Shown one piece after another: positions 63,519 to 64,000 of a stretch of 64,000 bases of DNA. The notes below the pieces were generated by a model. That model was not told the origin of the DNA and made no database searches. It worked only from the letters and a program-made list of their open reading frames with translations. The DNA is taken from NCBI GenBank assembly GCA_963776345.1, contig CAVZMH010000009.1, positions 1-64,000 on the forward strand, written 5' to 3'. This DNA is from an uncultured delta proteobacterium. Its GTDB lineage: Bacteria > Myxococcota > Myxococcia > Myxococcales > Myxococcaceae. Position 1 is the first letter of the stretch, and each line of letters starts with the position of its first letter. The position numbers and the translations under genes were made by a program.

Positions 63519-64000
63519 CCGACCTGCTGTGCGAGGTGGACCAGGTCGACGACCGAGGCGGCGCCCAGCTTCTGCATCACCCGGCCGCGGTGGACCTTGA
63601 TGGTCTTCTCGGTCGTCCCGAGCTCGGCGGCGATGCGCTTGTTCGGCCTTCCGAGCGCGACCAGCCCGAACACCTCCCGCTCGCGCGGGGTCAGGGACGA
63701 GAGCCGACGCGACGCCGCCTCGATCGCCGCCCGGGCCTCTCTCCACGCTCGCCCACGCGCCACCGCCCGGATGACCGCGTCGAGGAGCGGCCCGTCCGCG
63801 ACGGGCTTCTCGAGGAAGTCGATCGCGCCGTACTTCATCGCCTGAACGCAGCTCCTGCACGTCCGCCTCCCCGCTGACGAAGACGACGGGAAGACGCCCT
63901 GCGCGCTGCTGGATGACCGGGAGCAGGTCCAGCCCGGTGCACTCGTCGAGCCAGAGATCGAGGATCAGACAGTCGGGCCGCTCGAGCTCGAGCCGCTGGA
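63503..64000 (-). CDS. FixJ/NarL-family response regulator (5' end outside the window); 1-bp frameshift near 63857
   Basis: CLILDL...PVVFVSG in one frame; AMKYGAIDFLEKP, LTPREREV and TIKVHRGRVMQK in ORF 63503..63838. Confidence 0.88.

Overview
Very GC-rich, gene-dense bacterial chromosome segment. Gene content suggests a myxobacterium (Myxococcota): AgmX/PglI-type TonB-C protein, FHA-GAF-cyclase, liuC-carboxyltransferase-ACAD-meaB-rnc-era-der order, dnaE2. This is inferred, not searched. It is mostly core genome: dnaE2 (partial), a flavin/2Fe-2S amino-acid oxidase plus ALDH operon, an ECF sigma/anti-sigma unit, truD, adenylate cyclase, mutS, amidase, glnD, a KGG stress protein, xerD-trpS-scpA-scpB-rluB, rtcA, sppA, mrp, acyl-CoA/leucine catabolism genes, rnc, two cyclophilins, era, der, yfgM/bamB-like genes, a SCO-cytochrome c-YHS fusion and a FixJ-type regulator (partial). 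I saw no rRNA, tRNA, CRISPR array or transposase. The most unusual signals are non-coding. (1) A 332-bp doubly symmetric palindrome at 44852-45183 carries four GTTTC-N15-GAAAC boxes spaced 82/131/82 bp. (2) A 164-bp TA-flanked MITE-like concentric hairpin at 27273-27436 supplies the xerD stop codon. About seven single-base frameshifts in otherwise intact genes look like sequencing or assembly errors.
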